The notes: a model not told the origin generated them from the sequence alone. A stretch of DNA of 64,000 bases from an uncultured delta proteobacterium (GCA_963745035.1 CAVUVW010000013.1:1216001-1280000), one strand, 5' to 3'; shown: positions 41,584 to 51,671, numbered from the stretch's first letter. Numbers and translations: made by a program.

Positions 41584-43875
41584 TCAAACGCCGGCCGGGA
41601 CGGCCGCTGGAATCGTGACCGCGCTTTGCACGGACCCACGCGCCTTGTTGTGACAGTCGTGCGCGGCGTCGATAAAGAGCTGCGCCTCTTGAAGTAACTG
41701 CACGGCGCGATCGGCGTCCGCGACTTTGCGCGCGCCGAAGAACTCTCTGGCTTTGAATAGGTACTCGGCGAATTTTCCTCCCGCGTATTTGTCCCAGAAA
41801 AGCTGGGTATCGTAAAACCGCGTCGTAAATTCTCCGATGATCTGATCTTCGTCTTCCGACACGTTCGGATTTTGGTCTTTCACCAAGCCCTGCGCGGCGC
41901 GCAGCATCGATGCGTATGCAGCCTTTACCGCTTCCTGCGAGCGGCCGGCGTCGAGCAGCAGCTGCGCTTCGAAGAGCTCGCGCTCGCTGGCCGCCAGGGT
42001 GAACTCGGCTTGGCTGACGACCTCACCCGCGCATTCGCCGACGCCCATATCGGACAAGGTAAACTCCCGCGGATCGCCCCAATCGCTGTAATATGAGCGG
42101 TCGATCTCGTGAGCGGGGATTTTAGTGAGGTCTTCGAGCAAATCCTTGACCGCCTTTTTGCCGATCCGGCCGACGAACTCCTGGAAGCGCTCATCCTTCT
42201 GCCGCCGGCGCAGAAAAAATTCGGTGATGGACGATACCGCCTCGGGTACTCGCTTGGACGGCACGGCGCCGATCGCCACGCCATACTCGCCCGCATTGTC
42301 GTGAAACTTACCGCCGAGAATCACCTGAAAATGCGGCACCTGGAATCCCTTGACGTTGCGGTTGATGCCGTAAAAGCCAATATCGGCGATGTGATGCTGC
42401 CCGCAGGAATTGAAGCAGCCACTGACTTTGATGCGCAGATTCTTGACTGCTTCGTCGAGTTCCAAGCTTTTTTCGCCCAAGCGATAGCGCAGCTCGCGCG
42501 CCAATCCGCGCGACGACGCGATCCCCAGTTTGCACGTGTCCGTGCCCGGGCAGGAGGTTACGTCCACGATCGTCGCCGCGTCAGCCGCGCCAAGGCCGAT
42601 GGCTCTGACCGCCTGGTAAAACTCCGGCAGATCGGCTTCGCTCACCCAACGGAACAAAATATTTTGCTCCACGGTCGTGCGCAACGTGTCCTTGACGAAA
42701 CGGCGCGCGATGTCGGCGAGGGCGCGCATTTGATCGGCGCTGGCGTCGCCCAAGGGCAAGCTCACCGTCGCGGCGACGTAGCCGGGCTGTCTTTGCTTAT
42801 AAACGTTGGTCTTATACCAGGCGTCGAATCCCTCGGGCCGCTTGTGACCGTTGAGACTCACTCCGGAACGAAGCGGCTGCTCGCTTTGGTCGTTTACGGA
42901 GGCGAGGAATTCAGTCCAGCGCGGATCGGGCGGCAGCTTCTGCCGCTCTTCCAGTACCAAGCGCCGAAATTCATCGATCCCCAGATGCGCGATCAAGAAT
43001 TTAATGCGTGCTCGGGCGCGGTTGCGCTTTTCGCCGAGCCGGGCGAATACACGCGAGATCGCCTGCATCGTCGGCAGTAACTCTTCTTCCGGCAGAAACT
43101 CATCGAAGAGCTTCGCCTTGTACGGCACCGAGCCTAGACCGCCGCCGACATAGAATGCAAAGCCGCGCTTCACGTTGCCGTTGACGACTCTTGTCTTAGC
43201 GATGGCGCCCATGTCGTGCATGGTCACCAAGCCGCAAGGATTCTGCTCGCAGCCGGAAAACGCGACCTTCACTTTGCGTCCGAAGTCCTGAGTATCGGGG
43301 TGGCCCATCAAAAATTTTGAGCAGGCCTTCGCGTAGGGCGTCGTATCGAACGTTTCTTCATGGCAGATTCCCGCGAGCGGGCAGGCCGTAACATTGCGCA
43401 CCACATTGCCGCAGGCTTCGCGCGTCGTAATGCCGACGGCGGCGAGCCGGCGCATGAGAGCCGGCGTGTCGTTGATGTGCACGTAGTGAAACTGAACGTC
43501 CTGGCGCGTGGTGATGTGCGATACGCCGTCGGCGTATTCCTCGGAAAGATCGGCCAAAGTTTCCAACTGCTCCGGGGTGATGCCGCCGAAGGGAATCTTG
43601 ATGCGCATCATGCCGGGCGCATCCCAAAAAGTATCCGGCCCTTTGATCATCTCGCGGAATTTGAGCTTCTGCACGCGTTTGCCGTCGTGGCGCTGGCCGT
43701 TGTCGTAGCGTTGGCCATAGATCCCGCGCCGCAGGCGGGTCTCGGCGAAGACTTTTTCGTCGATCTTGCCCTGCTTGCGCAGCTCCATCTGCTGCTCGAA
43801 GATGTCGATCTCGCGCCCGAGCTCGGCGGGAATCTTGTCCGCAAGTTTTTCTTTCCAGCTTAGGCTCGGCGTCAT
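41584..43875 (-). CDS. Siroheme nitrite/sulfite reductase hemoprotein with C-terminal extension
   Basis: RLRRGIYGQR, MMRIKIPFG, HITTRQD, CGNVVRN, SCPGTDTC and SGCFNSCGQH motifs; GAGGAG RBS. Context suggests sulfite reductase. Confidence 0.9.
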   Translation of the reverse strand: MTPSLSWKEKLADKIPAELGREIDIFEQQMELRKQGKIDEKVFAETRLRRGIYGQRYDNGQRHDGKRVQKLKFREMIKGPDTFWDAPGMMRIKIPFGGITPEQLETLADLSEEYADGVSHITTRQDVQFHYVHINDTPALMRRLAAVGITTREACGNVVRNVTACPLAGICHEETFDTTPYAKACSKFLMGHPDTQDFGRKVKVAFSGCEQNPCGLVTMHDMGAIAKTRVVNGNVKRGFAFYVGGGLGSVPYKAKLFDEFLPEEELLPTMQAISRVFARLGEKRNRARARIKFLIAHLGIDEFRRLVLEERQKLPPDPRWTEFLASVNDQSEQPLRSGVSLNGHKRPEGFDAWYKTNVYKQRQPGYVAATVSLPLGDASADQMRALADIARRFVKDTLRTTVEQNILFRWVSEADLPEFYQAVRAIGLGAADAATIVDVTSCPGTDTCKLGIASSRGLARELRYRLGEKSLELDEAVKNLRIKVSGCFNSCGQHHIADIGFYGINRNVKGFQVPHFQVILGGKFHDNAGEYGVAIGAVPSKRVPEAVSSITEFFLRRRQKDERFQEFVGRIGKKAVKDLLEDLTKIPAHEIDRSYYSDWGDPREFTLSDMGVGECAGEVVSQAEFTLAASERELFEAQLLLDAGRSQEAVKAAYASMLRAAQGLVKDQNPNVSEDEDQIIGEFTTRFYDTQLFWDKYAGGKFAEYLFKAREFFGARKVADADRAVQLLQEAQLFIDAAHDCHNKARGSVQSAVTIPAAVPAGV

Positions 43876-43911
43876 AAAAATCTCCTCGAAGCGATGACAC
43901 ATCTAAGTTAG

Positions 43912-43931
43912 TTGATGTTTTTAGTCAGAAA
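43912..43931. promoter_or_regulatory. Candidate Rrf2-family operator upstream of the sulfite reductase
   Basis: TTGATGTTTTTAGTCAGAAA, matching 39811-39830. Confidence 0.6.
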
Positions 43932-43952
43932 TAACGTCAAAAAATTTTCGCG

Positions 43953-44387
43953 TCAGATGTAATACATCAGCGCGGGTGCTTCCGGCTTGCAGAGATCAGC
44001 CAAAGTGGTTTCTTCCAAAACCGTCTCCATCGCGCGCGCGCCGCGAGACCACGTCTCGATCAAGCGCTGCGTGATTCTCGACACCGATCGGCCATGCATC
44101 TGCGCTTTCAACTCGAAGCCGCCGTCGGGGCCTTCCAACACGGAAAGAATTTCCTTGACGGAAATCGTTTCCGGCGGTCGAGCGAGAACGTAACCGCCCG
44201 ATGGGCCGCGCGCGGCATTGACCAAATGACCGCGCTTGAGAAGCACCATGATCTGACCCAGGTACTGCAGCGGGATCTGCTGGTTGCCTGCGATCTCTTT
44301 CACTTGCACCGCGCGCCGTTGGCGATAGTTGTCCGCCAGTTCCGCGAGCGCAAGCAACCCGTAATGGCCCTTTGAGCTAACCTTCAT
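43953..44387 (-). CDS. Rrf2 family transcriptional regulator (CymR/IscR-like, lacks the three-Cys cluster motif)
   Basis: MKVSSKGHYGL, YLGQIM, ARGPSGGYVLARPPETI, TTLADL and C-terminal LMYYI motifs. Confidence 0.92.
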   Translation of the reverse strand: MKVSSKGHYGLLALAELADNYRQRRAVQVKEIAGNQQIPLQYLGQIMVLLKRGHLVNAARGPSGGYVLARPPETISVKEILSVLEGPDGGFELKAQMHGRSVSRITQRLIETWSRGARAMETVLEETTLADLCKPEAPALMYYI

Positions 44388-44414
44388 TCAGCGCGTCCGC
44401 CACGACATGGTTGG

Positions 44415-44443
44415 ATCTTAAGTAAGACGATCGGATATGTCAA
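44415..44443 (-). promoter_or_regulatory. Sigma70 promoter for the rrf2/cys cluster
   Basis: Minus strand TTGACA-N17-TAAGAT, about 30 bp upstream of the rrf2 start. Confidence 0.65.
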
Positions 44444-44592
44444 CAACACTAGAATCCGCTTCCGGTGCCCCCGCAGAGAAGGAATATTTTGGCATTGAAA
44501 CCGGCGGTTGCGCGTTCCTACGGCTTGCCGCTATATTCGCGGAAAATCGAGTATTAGCGCGGTCGGGGAGTAATTTCTTGGAGGTCAGCTTT

Positions 44593-45624
44593 ATGATGTC
44601 GCGAAGCAAAACCGTCACCTTGACTGCCCTATTTTCATTGCTTGTAGCGGTTTCGGCCTATGCGGCGGCGGCTTCCGGAGAGGTCATCATCACCCATGCG
44701 AGCATGAGCACGTCGTCGATCCCATTGTGGGTCGCGCAGCGGCAAAATTTCTTCGCGAAGTACGGGGTTAAAGCGAAAAGCGTGTGGGTGCGCGGCAACC
44801 CGGCGCAGATCGCCACTCTCGTTTCCGGCGACACCCAGATTGCCTACGGCGGCGCGACCACCGCGCTCGCCGCCGCTGTCGGCGGCAGGGACATGAAAAT
44901 CATCGCCAGCCTCAGCAGCCGCGAAAATCTCGATTTGGTCGCCCGGCCGGGCATCAACAGCGCCAAAGACTTGCGTGGCAAACGCTTCGGCATTCAAAGT
45001 GTGGGCGGGGGTGTTTGGAAAACCGCCACCGTCTGGCTCGAGCATTTCGGCATGGATGAGCGGCGCGACAATATTCAAATGATCGTCATCGGCGACGTGA
45101 CGATCCTCAGCCAGTCGCTCGAAAGCGGTCTGATCGATGCCACCGTCGTGCCGGGATACTTGAGCCGGCGACTGGCGGAAAAAGGATTTGTCGTGCTCGG
45201 CCGCTGCGAACAGACCCGGCTTACTTCGGTCGGCATGACCGTGCTGGTGGAGAGACCGTACCTCCAGCAGAATGCCGAGACCTTGCAAGGTGTCATGAAG
45301 GCGTTGGTCGAAGGCATGGTGTTGATCGCGAGCCCGAAGCACAAACCCGCCGTGATCGAGACCATCATGAAACAGTTCAAAATGACCGATGTCGCGCCGG
45401 CTGAAGGCGCCTACCAGGACGTGGTCACCCTCGTGCGGATGGAGGAATATCGCAAGCCGTATGTGTCCATGGACGCTATGAGAACCTTGCAGCGTCTGCT
45501 AAAAACTCAAAATCCAAAAATCGGCGACATCAAGGTTGAACATCTAGTCGATTCGAGCGTCGTCAAAAGACTCGACGATAGCGGCTTCTTCGAGAAGCTT
45601 TATGCCGAATACGGAGTGAGGTAG
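44593..45624 (+). CDS. ABC transporter substrate-binding protein (NitT/TauT-like)
   Basis: GGAGG RBS; signal peptide; PLWVAQ..FFAKYG, DLRGKRFG and LDDSGFF motifs. Confidence 0.87.
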   Translation: MMSRSKTVTLTALFSLLVAVSAYAAAASGEVIITHASMSTSSIPLWVAQRQNFFAKYGVKAKSVWVRGNPAQIATLVSGDTQIAYGGATTALAAAVGGRDMKIIASLSSRENLDLVARPGINSAKDLRGKRFGIQSVGGGVWKTATVWLEHFGMDERRDNIQMIVIGDVTILSQSLESGLIDATVVPGYLSRRLAEKGFVVLGRCEQTRLTSVGMTVLVERPYLQQNAETLQGVMKALVEGMVLIASPKHKPAVIETIMKQFKMTDVAPAEGAYQDVVTLVRMEEYRKPYVSMDAMRTLQRLLKTQNPKIGDIKVEHLVDSSVVKRLDDSGFFEKLYAEYGVR

Positions 45625-45672
45625 CCCGCCATCGGAATTAGGATGGATCGCAAACGATGGAGGCCAGGCACA

Positions 45673-46725
45673 ATGATCTCGAAAAGATCTTGGTTTAGAC
45701 TCGTCTTGCTCGGCTTGATCTTGGACAGCACAGCCGCTTACAGCCAAGATAATTTTTATAAGGGCAAAACCATCCGCTTCATCGTCGCCTACGAGCCGGG
45801 CGGCGGCTTCGATGTTTACACTCGCACCATCGCGCGCCACTTCGGCAAGCATATTCCCGGCAATCCGACGACGCTTGTCGAAAACATGACCGGCGCCGTC
45901 GGCATGATTGCGGCAAATTATCTTTACCATCAAGCGAAACCGGATGGGCTGACGATCGGTCATTTCGTCGGCACGCTGGTGTTGCAACAAGTGCTTGGAA
46001 ATGAGGCGGCGAAATTTGACGGCCGCAAGTTCGGCTGGCTCGGGGTGCCGGTGGCCGACCATGGCGTCTGCGCGTTGACGAAAGCGAGCGGAATCAGCAG
46101 CCTCGAAGGATGGCTCGCGAGCAAAGAGCCGGTGAAAATGGGCGGTCATGGACCGGGCGGCGTTACCTCCGACACGGCGCGCATTCTGCGGCAAGCGATC
46201 GGCCTGCCCGTTCGCGTCATCGATGGTTATAAGTGCACCGGGCCAATCCGTCTCGCCGCCGAATCCGGCGAAGTGGCGGGCGCTTGCTGGGCATGGGAGT
46301 CGATGAAACCAACCTGGGCGACCGGCTTCGAAACCGGCCAGGTCAAAGTGTTGCTGCAGACATCGCTCAAAGGCCATCCTGATCTCAAAGACGTTCCCAT
46401 CGCCATCAATCACGCCAAGACCAAAGACGCGCGCCAGCTGTTGGAGATCCTTGACCATGCCTTCGGCACAAGCTTTCGCAGCTACTCGACGCCGCCAGGA
46501 ACCCCGAAAGATCGCCTCGCCGTCCTGCAAACGGCCTTCATGGCTACCATGAAAGATCCCGAGTTCCTCGCCGACGCCAAAAAAGCGCGTCTTGAAATCG
46601 CCCCCATCGACGGGCCATCCACCGGCAAGACCCTCGCCGGCTTTTACGATCTGGATAAATCCATGGTCGCCACACTGAAAAAAATCTTGCTCGGCGACGT
46701 GAGCGGAAGGGATACCCCGCAATGA
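45673..46725 (+). CDS. Tripartite tricarboxylate transporter substrate-binding protein (Bug/TctC-like)
   Basis: FYKGKTIRFIV..PGGGFD, HIPGNP, VENMTGA, KPDGLT and PPGTP motifs. Confidence 0.87.
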   Translation: MISKRSWFRLVLLGLILDSTAAYSQDNFYKGKTIRFIVAYEPGGGFDVYTRTIARHFGKHIPGNPTTLVENMTGAVGMIAANYLYHQAKPDGLTIGHFVGTLVLQQVLGNEAAKFDGRKFGWLGVPVADHGVCALTKASGISSLEGWLASKEPVKMGGHGPGGVTSDTARILRQAIGLPVRVIDGYKCTGPIRLAAESGEVAGACWAWESMKPTWATGFETGQVKVLLQTSLKGHPDLKDVPIAINHAKTKDARQLLEILDHAFGTSFRSYSTPPGTPKDRLAVLQTAFMATMKDPEFLADAKKARLEIAPIDGPSTGKTLAGFYDLDKSMVATLKKILLGDVSGRDTPQ

Positions 46726-47561
46726 GCATCGATACGCAGCTTCTCGACTTCAAAACCAGCGATAACGAAACGCTGCACGGCCTGCTGTTTTCACCGCGCG
46801 AGCGTAAATCCGATCTCGCTCTGCTGCTGGTACACGGTGTCGCGATGAATTTTTATTTGCCGCCCCTGCCGACTTTCGGTCAGGCTCTCGCCGAACAGGG
46901 TTATCACTGCTTCGTCATCAACACCCGCGGTCACGATTGGATCAACCGCGCCGGCAGCGATCTTTTCGATTTTTGCGGCGCCACCTACGAAAAATTCGAG
47001 GACAGCGCCAAAGATTACGACGGTGCCCTCGAAAAACTCGCCGCGCAGGGTTATAAGCGCTTTGTTCTAATTGGCCATAGCCTCGGCTGCATAAAATCGC
47101 TTCTCTACCAGGGGACGCGGCGGCGCGGCGATGTCGTCGGCGTGGTTTCCTGTTCATGCCCGAAGCAATTCTATTCGGCTCGGGCCGCCGAGCAGCCTGA
47201 GTTCAAGGGAATCATGGAGCAAGCCGAAGCGATGGTTTCCCAGGGGAAAGGCCGGGAATTTCTCTGGGCCATGGCGAGCGGCGCGCGGGCGCTTTTCTCC
47301 GCCGCCACCTACGTCAACAAATACGGCAAGCATGAGAACAACGATGTGCGACCGCACGCCGGCCGGCTGGGCTGCCCGCATCTCGCCATCGCCGGCGGCG
47401 CGGAACATCCGTTCTTTCCGATATACGCCAAAGAACTGGCGGAAGCAGGCGGGACCAGTGCCAGCTACAAAATCGTGCCCGGCTCGGATCATTTCTATCA
47501 CGGCCATGAAACTGAAGTGATTGGCATCCTCTCCGACTGGCTAAAACAGTTTAAGCCTTGA
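46722..47561 (+). CDS. Alpha/beta hydrolase (DUF1749-like), paralog 1
   Basis: VHGVAMNFY, NTRGHD, GHSLG and SDHFY motifs; ATGA overlap with the upstream SBP. Confidence 0.8.
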   Translation: MSIDTQLLDFKTSDNETLHGLLFSPRERKSDLALLLVHGVAMNFYLPPLPTFGQALAEQGYHCFVINTRGHDWINRAGSDLFDFCGATYEKFEDSAKDYDGALEKLAAQGYKRFVLIGHSLGCIKSLLYQGTRRRGDVVGVVSCSCPKQFYSARAAEQPEFKGIMEQAEAMVSQGKGREFLWAMASGARALFSAATYVNKYGKHENNDVRPHAGRLGCPHLAIAGGAEHPFFPIYAKELAEAGGTSASYKIVPGSDHFYHGHETEVIGILSDWLKQFKP

Positions 47562-47582
47562 CATAAATGGCTTTTGCTTCGA

Positions 47583-48419
47583 ATGAACTTCCAAACCGAA
47601 ATCTGCACGTTCAAAACCGCCGATAACGAGCGGCTCCATGGAGCGCTCTTCACGCCTGAGGAAACGCCATCCGACCTCGCGCTGCTCTTCGTCCACGGCG
47701 TCGCGATGAATTTTTATTTGCCGCCGCTTTTCACGTTCGGCAAAGAGCTGGCGGGCCGCGGCTTTCACAGCTTTGTCATCAACACCCGCGGCCATGACTG
47801 GATTTCCCGCGCCGGCAACCTGACGAAATTCGGCGGCTCGGCCTACGAAAATCTTGAAGACTGCCTTCCCGATCTCGATGGGGCGTTGGACTATTTGAAG
47901 CAAGCCGGCTATCGCCGAATGATTCTCATCGGCCACAGCCTCGGCGCGATCAAGTCGATCATCTATCAAGGCACGCGCCGCCGCCCGGACGTGATTGGCA
48001 TCGTTTCCTGTTCGGCGCCGCGGCAATTTTATTCCGAGCGGGTAGCGCGGCAACCACGGTTTCGCGAGCTCATCGAAAAAGCCGAAGCGATGGTGGCCCA
48101 AGGCAAAGGCGAAGAGTTGATCCCCGTCGGCGTCGGCTCGACTCCGGGCATCTTTACCGCGCGCTCCCACGTCAACAAATACGGCCGCGACGACAACAAC
48201 GACTGCCGTCCCTACGCCAAGCATCTCGGCTGCCCCCTGCTCGCCATCGTCGGTAGCGCCGAGCCCAAATTCTTTTGGGAGTATGCGCAGGAGATCGTCG
48301 CCGCCGCCGGACCGAACGGCACCTGCCGTCTCGTCGACGGCGCTAATCATTTTTACAATCGCCACACGTCGGAAATCGTCGAAATCATTTATGAATGGTT
48401 GGGCCAAGTAGTTGACTAG
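47583..48419 (+). CDS. Alpha/beta hydrolase (DUF1749-like), paralog 2
   Basis: VHGVAMNFY, NTRGHD, GHSLG and ANHFY motifs. Confidence 0.8.
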   Translation: MNFQTEICTFKTADNERLHGALFTPEETPSDLALLFVHGVAMNFYLPPLFTFGKELAGRGFHSFVINTRGHDWISRAGNLTKFGGSAYENLEDCLPDLDGALDYLKQAGYRRMILIGHSLGAIKSIIYQGTRRRPDVIGIVSCSAPRQFYSERVARQPRFRELIEKAEAMVAQGKGEELIPVGVGSTPGIFTARSHVNKYGRDDNNDCRPYAKHLGCPLLAIVGSAEPKFFWEYAQEIVAAAGPNGTCRLVDGANHFYNRHTSEIVEIIYEWLGQVVD

Positions 48420-48459
48420 CGCGGCGAGTAACGCCGGTCGCTGATCACTGGAGGCGCGA

Positions 48460-49483
48460 GTGGCCAATCTTTTGCTGATTCTCATAGTTTTCCTGTCGCT
48501 GACTTCTTCCGACCCCGCTGAATCCGCCGCGCCGCCGAAGCTTATCGTCGGCTACGCCGCCATGAGCGCGCGCGTGGTCCCGCTCTGGATCGCCGAGGAA
48601 CAGGGAATCTTGAGCAAGCACGGCATCGATTCCGAGCAGGTTTTCATCCGCGGCGCGCCGACTCTTGGTTGCCGGCTTGGCGTCGGGCGACATTTCCATC
48701 GGCAGCACCGGCGGCAGCGCCATGCTGGCGGCTGTCGCAGCCGGTCACGATTTGAAAATGGTCGCCGCCTTTTCCAGCCGCAACACCTACGACCTCGTGA
48801 CGCGATCATCGATCAAAAGGCCGGAAGATTTGCGGGGCAAGCGTTTCGGCGTCACCAGCATCGGCGGCACCGTTTGGATGGGGATCATGCTTTGGCTCGA
48901 GCATTTCGGCCTCGATGAGCAGCGCGACAAAATCCAGCTCCAGGTGATCGGCGATCAGAGCATCCAGATGCAGGCCCTCGAGAACGGCACGATCGACGCG
49001 GCCGTGCTCGATGGCGTCTACAGCCGCCGCTTGAAGCAAAAGGGCTTCAACATTACGGGTGAATATTCCGAGCTCAAACATTTATTCATTAGCCAGGCGA
49101 TCGTCGTCCAAACCAAATTCCTGCAGCAGCGCTCCGAGCTCTTGGAGAATCTCTTGAGAGCGCAAGTGGAAGCAATCGCCTTTTCCCTCGCGCCGAAAAA
49201 CAAAGCGATCGTTATCAAAACGTTCATGCGCCGACTTAGGACCGATGCGGCGGCGGCGGAAGAAGGCTACGCCGATCTGCACCGAGCAATGGACCGAAAG
49301 CCTTACCCTTCTCCAGACGGACTGCGTAACGTTCAGCGCCTGATGGCGCTCAGAAGTCCGAAAGTCGGCGAGCTCAAGATCGAGAACGTCATCGACAGCC
49401 GCATCATTCGCAAACTCGACGAAAGCGGCTTCATCGATCGCGCCTATGCGGCGCAGGGCGTCAGCTTGAAACCATTAGCGTGA
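48460..49483 (+). CDS. ABC transporter substrate-binding protein (NitT/TauT-like); frameshift near 48665
   Basis: Signal peptide and PLWIAEEQG in one frame; DLRGKRFG and LDESGFID in the next. Confidence 0.85.
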
Positions 49484-49543
49484 GGCGGGGCTTTCTTCGG
49501 GAGCAACGCATAACCGAATCGACTGCCAAGGAGGAGTAACCCT

Positions 49544-50591
49544 ATGAAGAGCGCGCAACCCGGCAAAGTCTGTCGATTCTTTTTCGTTCTGCTCGCCTTG
49601 ATCGCGGTACAAGCCTTCCATCCCTTCCATGCTCTCGGCGCCGCGGCGCCGGGTAAATATGCTGTCGGCTACGCCACCTTCACCGCGCGCATCGTGCCGC
49701 TCTGGCTCGCCCAAGAGCAGGGATTCTTTACCAAGTACGGCGTCGACGTGGAACCCATTTTCATCCGCGGTGCGCCGACCTTGGTCGCCGGCCTTGCCGC
49801 CAGCAGCATTCACATCGGCCGCACAGGCGGCAGCGCCATGCTCGCGGCGGTCGCCGCCGGCCATGACTTCAAAGTTCTCGCCGCCTTCAACACGCGCAAC
49901 ACTTACGATCTCGTCGTGCGCCCGAACGATCAAGCGGGGCGAAGATCTGCGCGGCAAAACTTTCGCGGTCACCAGCATCGGCGGCACCAGTTGGATGGGC
50001 GTCTTGCTTTGGCTCGAACATCTTGGCCTGGATCAGCAGCGCGACAACATCCGCTTTCAAGTCATCGGCGATCAGGCCGTGCAGGTTCAATGCGTCGAGA
50101 ACGGCCTGTGCGACGCGGCGGCCGTGGATGGCGTCTTTACCAAGCAGCTCAAACAAAAAGGTATGACCGTGCTCGGCGAATACACCGATCTCAAATCGTT
50201 GCTGATCGGACAGTCGATGGTGGTTCCGAGTGCCATGCTGCAGCAGCGTCCGGATATCGCCGAAGGTTATTTAAAGGGCGAGATCGAGGCGTTGGCCTTT
50301 TCTCTGGCACCGAAGAACAAGCCGGTGGTTCTCAAAACTCTCGCCCGCTGGCTCAAAATCGATGCGGCCGGCGCCGAGGACGCTTATCTCGATCTGGTTC
50401 GCGGCGTCGATCGAAAACCTTTCGCGTCCCTCGAAGGTTTGCGCAATGCCCAGCGATTCTTGCGATCGCGCAACCCGAAAGTCGGTGAAGTCAAAGCTGA
50501 AGACGTCATCGACAGCCGTCTCATGCGCAAGCTCGACGAGAGCGGCTTCATCGACAAAATGTACGCAAGCTACGGCGCGAGTCTGAAATAA
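49544..50591 (+). CDS. ABC transporter substrate-binding protein (NitT/TauT-like); frameshift near 49925
   Basis: PLWLAQEQGFFTKYG, then DLRGKTFA and LDESGFID in the shifted frame. Close paralog of 48460-49483. Confidence 0.85.
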
Positions 50592-50614
50592 GCGAATTTT
50601 CCAGGAGAATATAA

Positions 50615-51640
50615 ATGCTCCGTCAAACTCTCACCTTTGGAATCGTCATCATCGCGTTAGTCTTGAACTCGATGCCTAGTTTTGCCCAGGAAACCTTTTT
50701 CAAAGGCAAAACCATGCGCATCATCGTCGGCGGGCCTCCCGGCGGCGGCTTCGATACTTACGCGCGCATGATCGCGCGGGTCATGCCCAAACATATTCCC
50801 GGCGCGCCGACGATCATCGTGGAGAATATGCCGGGCGCCGGCATGATGATCGCCGCCAACCATGTTTACAAAGTCGCGAAACCCGACGGCCTAACGATCG
50901 GGCACTTCACCGGTAGTCAAACGATCAGTCAAGTTTTGAATCAGCCCGGCGTCGAGTTCGACATGCGCAAATTCTATTATCTCGGCGCGCCGACTGCCGA
51001 TCATTTCTCCTGCGCATTTACCAAAGCCAGCGGCATCACCAGCGCGGACATCTGGCTCAAGCTCAAGCGGCCGGCAAAGATGGGCGCGGTCGGCCCGGGA
51101 AATTTAACCGACAATACTTTGCGCGTGCTCAGCACATCGACGAATTTTCCAATACAGCTGATTTCAGGATACAAAGGGACCGCCCCTGTGCGGCTCGCGA
51201 TGGAAGCGGGCGAGCTCGACGGCTCGTGTTGGGGCTGGGACTCGATCAAGTCGACCTGGGCCAGAGCGTTGGAATCCGGCGAGGGTATCGTCGTGCTCCA
51301 AGCCGCGCCCAAACCGCACCCGGATTTGCCGAAGGTGCCACTGATGATCAATTTCGGTAAGGACCAAGACGCCAAACAGATGATCGATGTCGTTATTCAC
51401 GGCGGCAATATTTTCGAGCGGACATATTTGCTGCCGCCTGGGGTGCCGAAGGATCGTGCGCAACTCCTCAGGCAGGCGCTCGCGAGAACTCTGCAGGACT
51501 CCGATTTTCTCGCTGATGCCGGCAAAGCGAGGCTAGGTGTCGCTCCGATCACCGGCGATGAGTTGGAACGTCGAGTCAACGCGTTTTTCAAACTACCCGA
51601 CGATCTGAAGGCGAAAATGAAGCGGGTTCTGTACGACTAG
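50615..51640 (+). CDS. Tripartite tricarboxylate transporter substrate-binding protein (Bug/TctC-like)
   Basis: FFKGKTMRIIVGGPPGGGFD, VENMPGAG, KPDGLT and PPGVP motifs. Confidence 0.88.
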   Translation: MLRQTLTFGIVIIALVLNSMPSFAQETFFKGKTMRIIVGGPPGGGFDTYARMIARVMPKHIPGAPTIIVENMPGAGMMIAANHVYKVAKPDGLTIGHFTGSQTISQVLNQPGVEFDMRKFYYLGAPTADHFSCAFTKASGITSADIWLKLKRPAKMGAVGPGNLTDNTLRVLSTSTNFPIQLISGYKGTAPVRLAMEAGELDGSCWGWDSIKSTWARALESGEGIVVLQAAPKPHPDLPKVPLMINFGKDQDAKQMIDVVIHGGNIFERTYLLPPGVPKDRAQLLRQALARTLQDSDFLADAGKARLGVAPITGDELERRVNAFFKLPDDLKAKMKRVLYD

Positions 51641-51671
51641 ACGTCTCGTCTAGACGTCCATAAGCGGAGGA

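Noticed and set aside
800-49930. Programmed ribosomal frameshifting as the cause of the split genes
   Set aside because: The sites share no slippery motif, shift in both directions and affect families not known for recoding.
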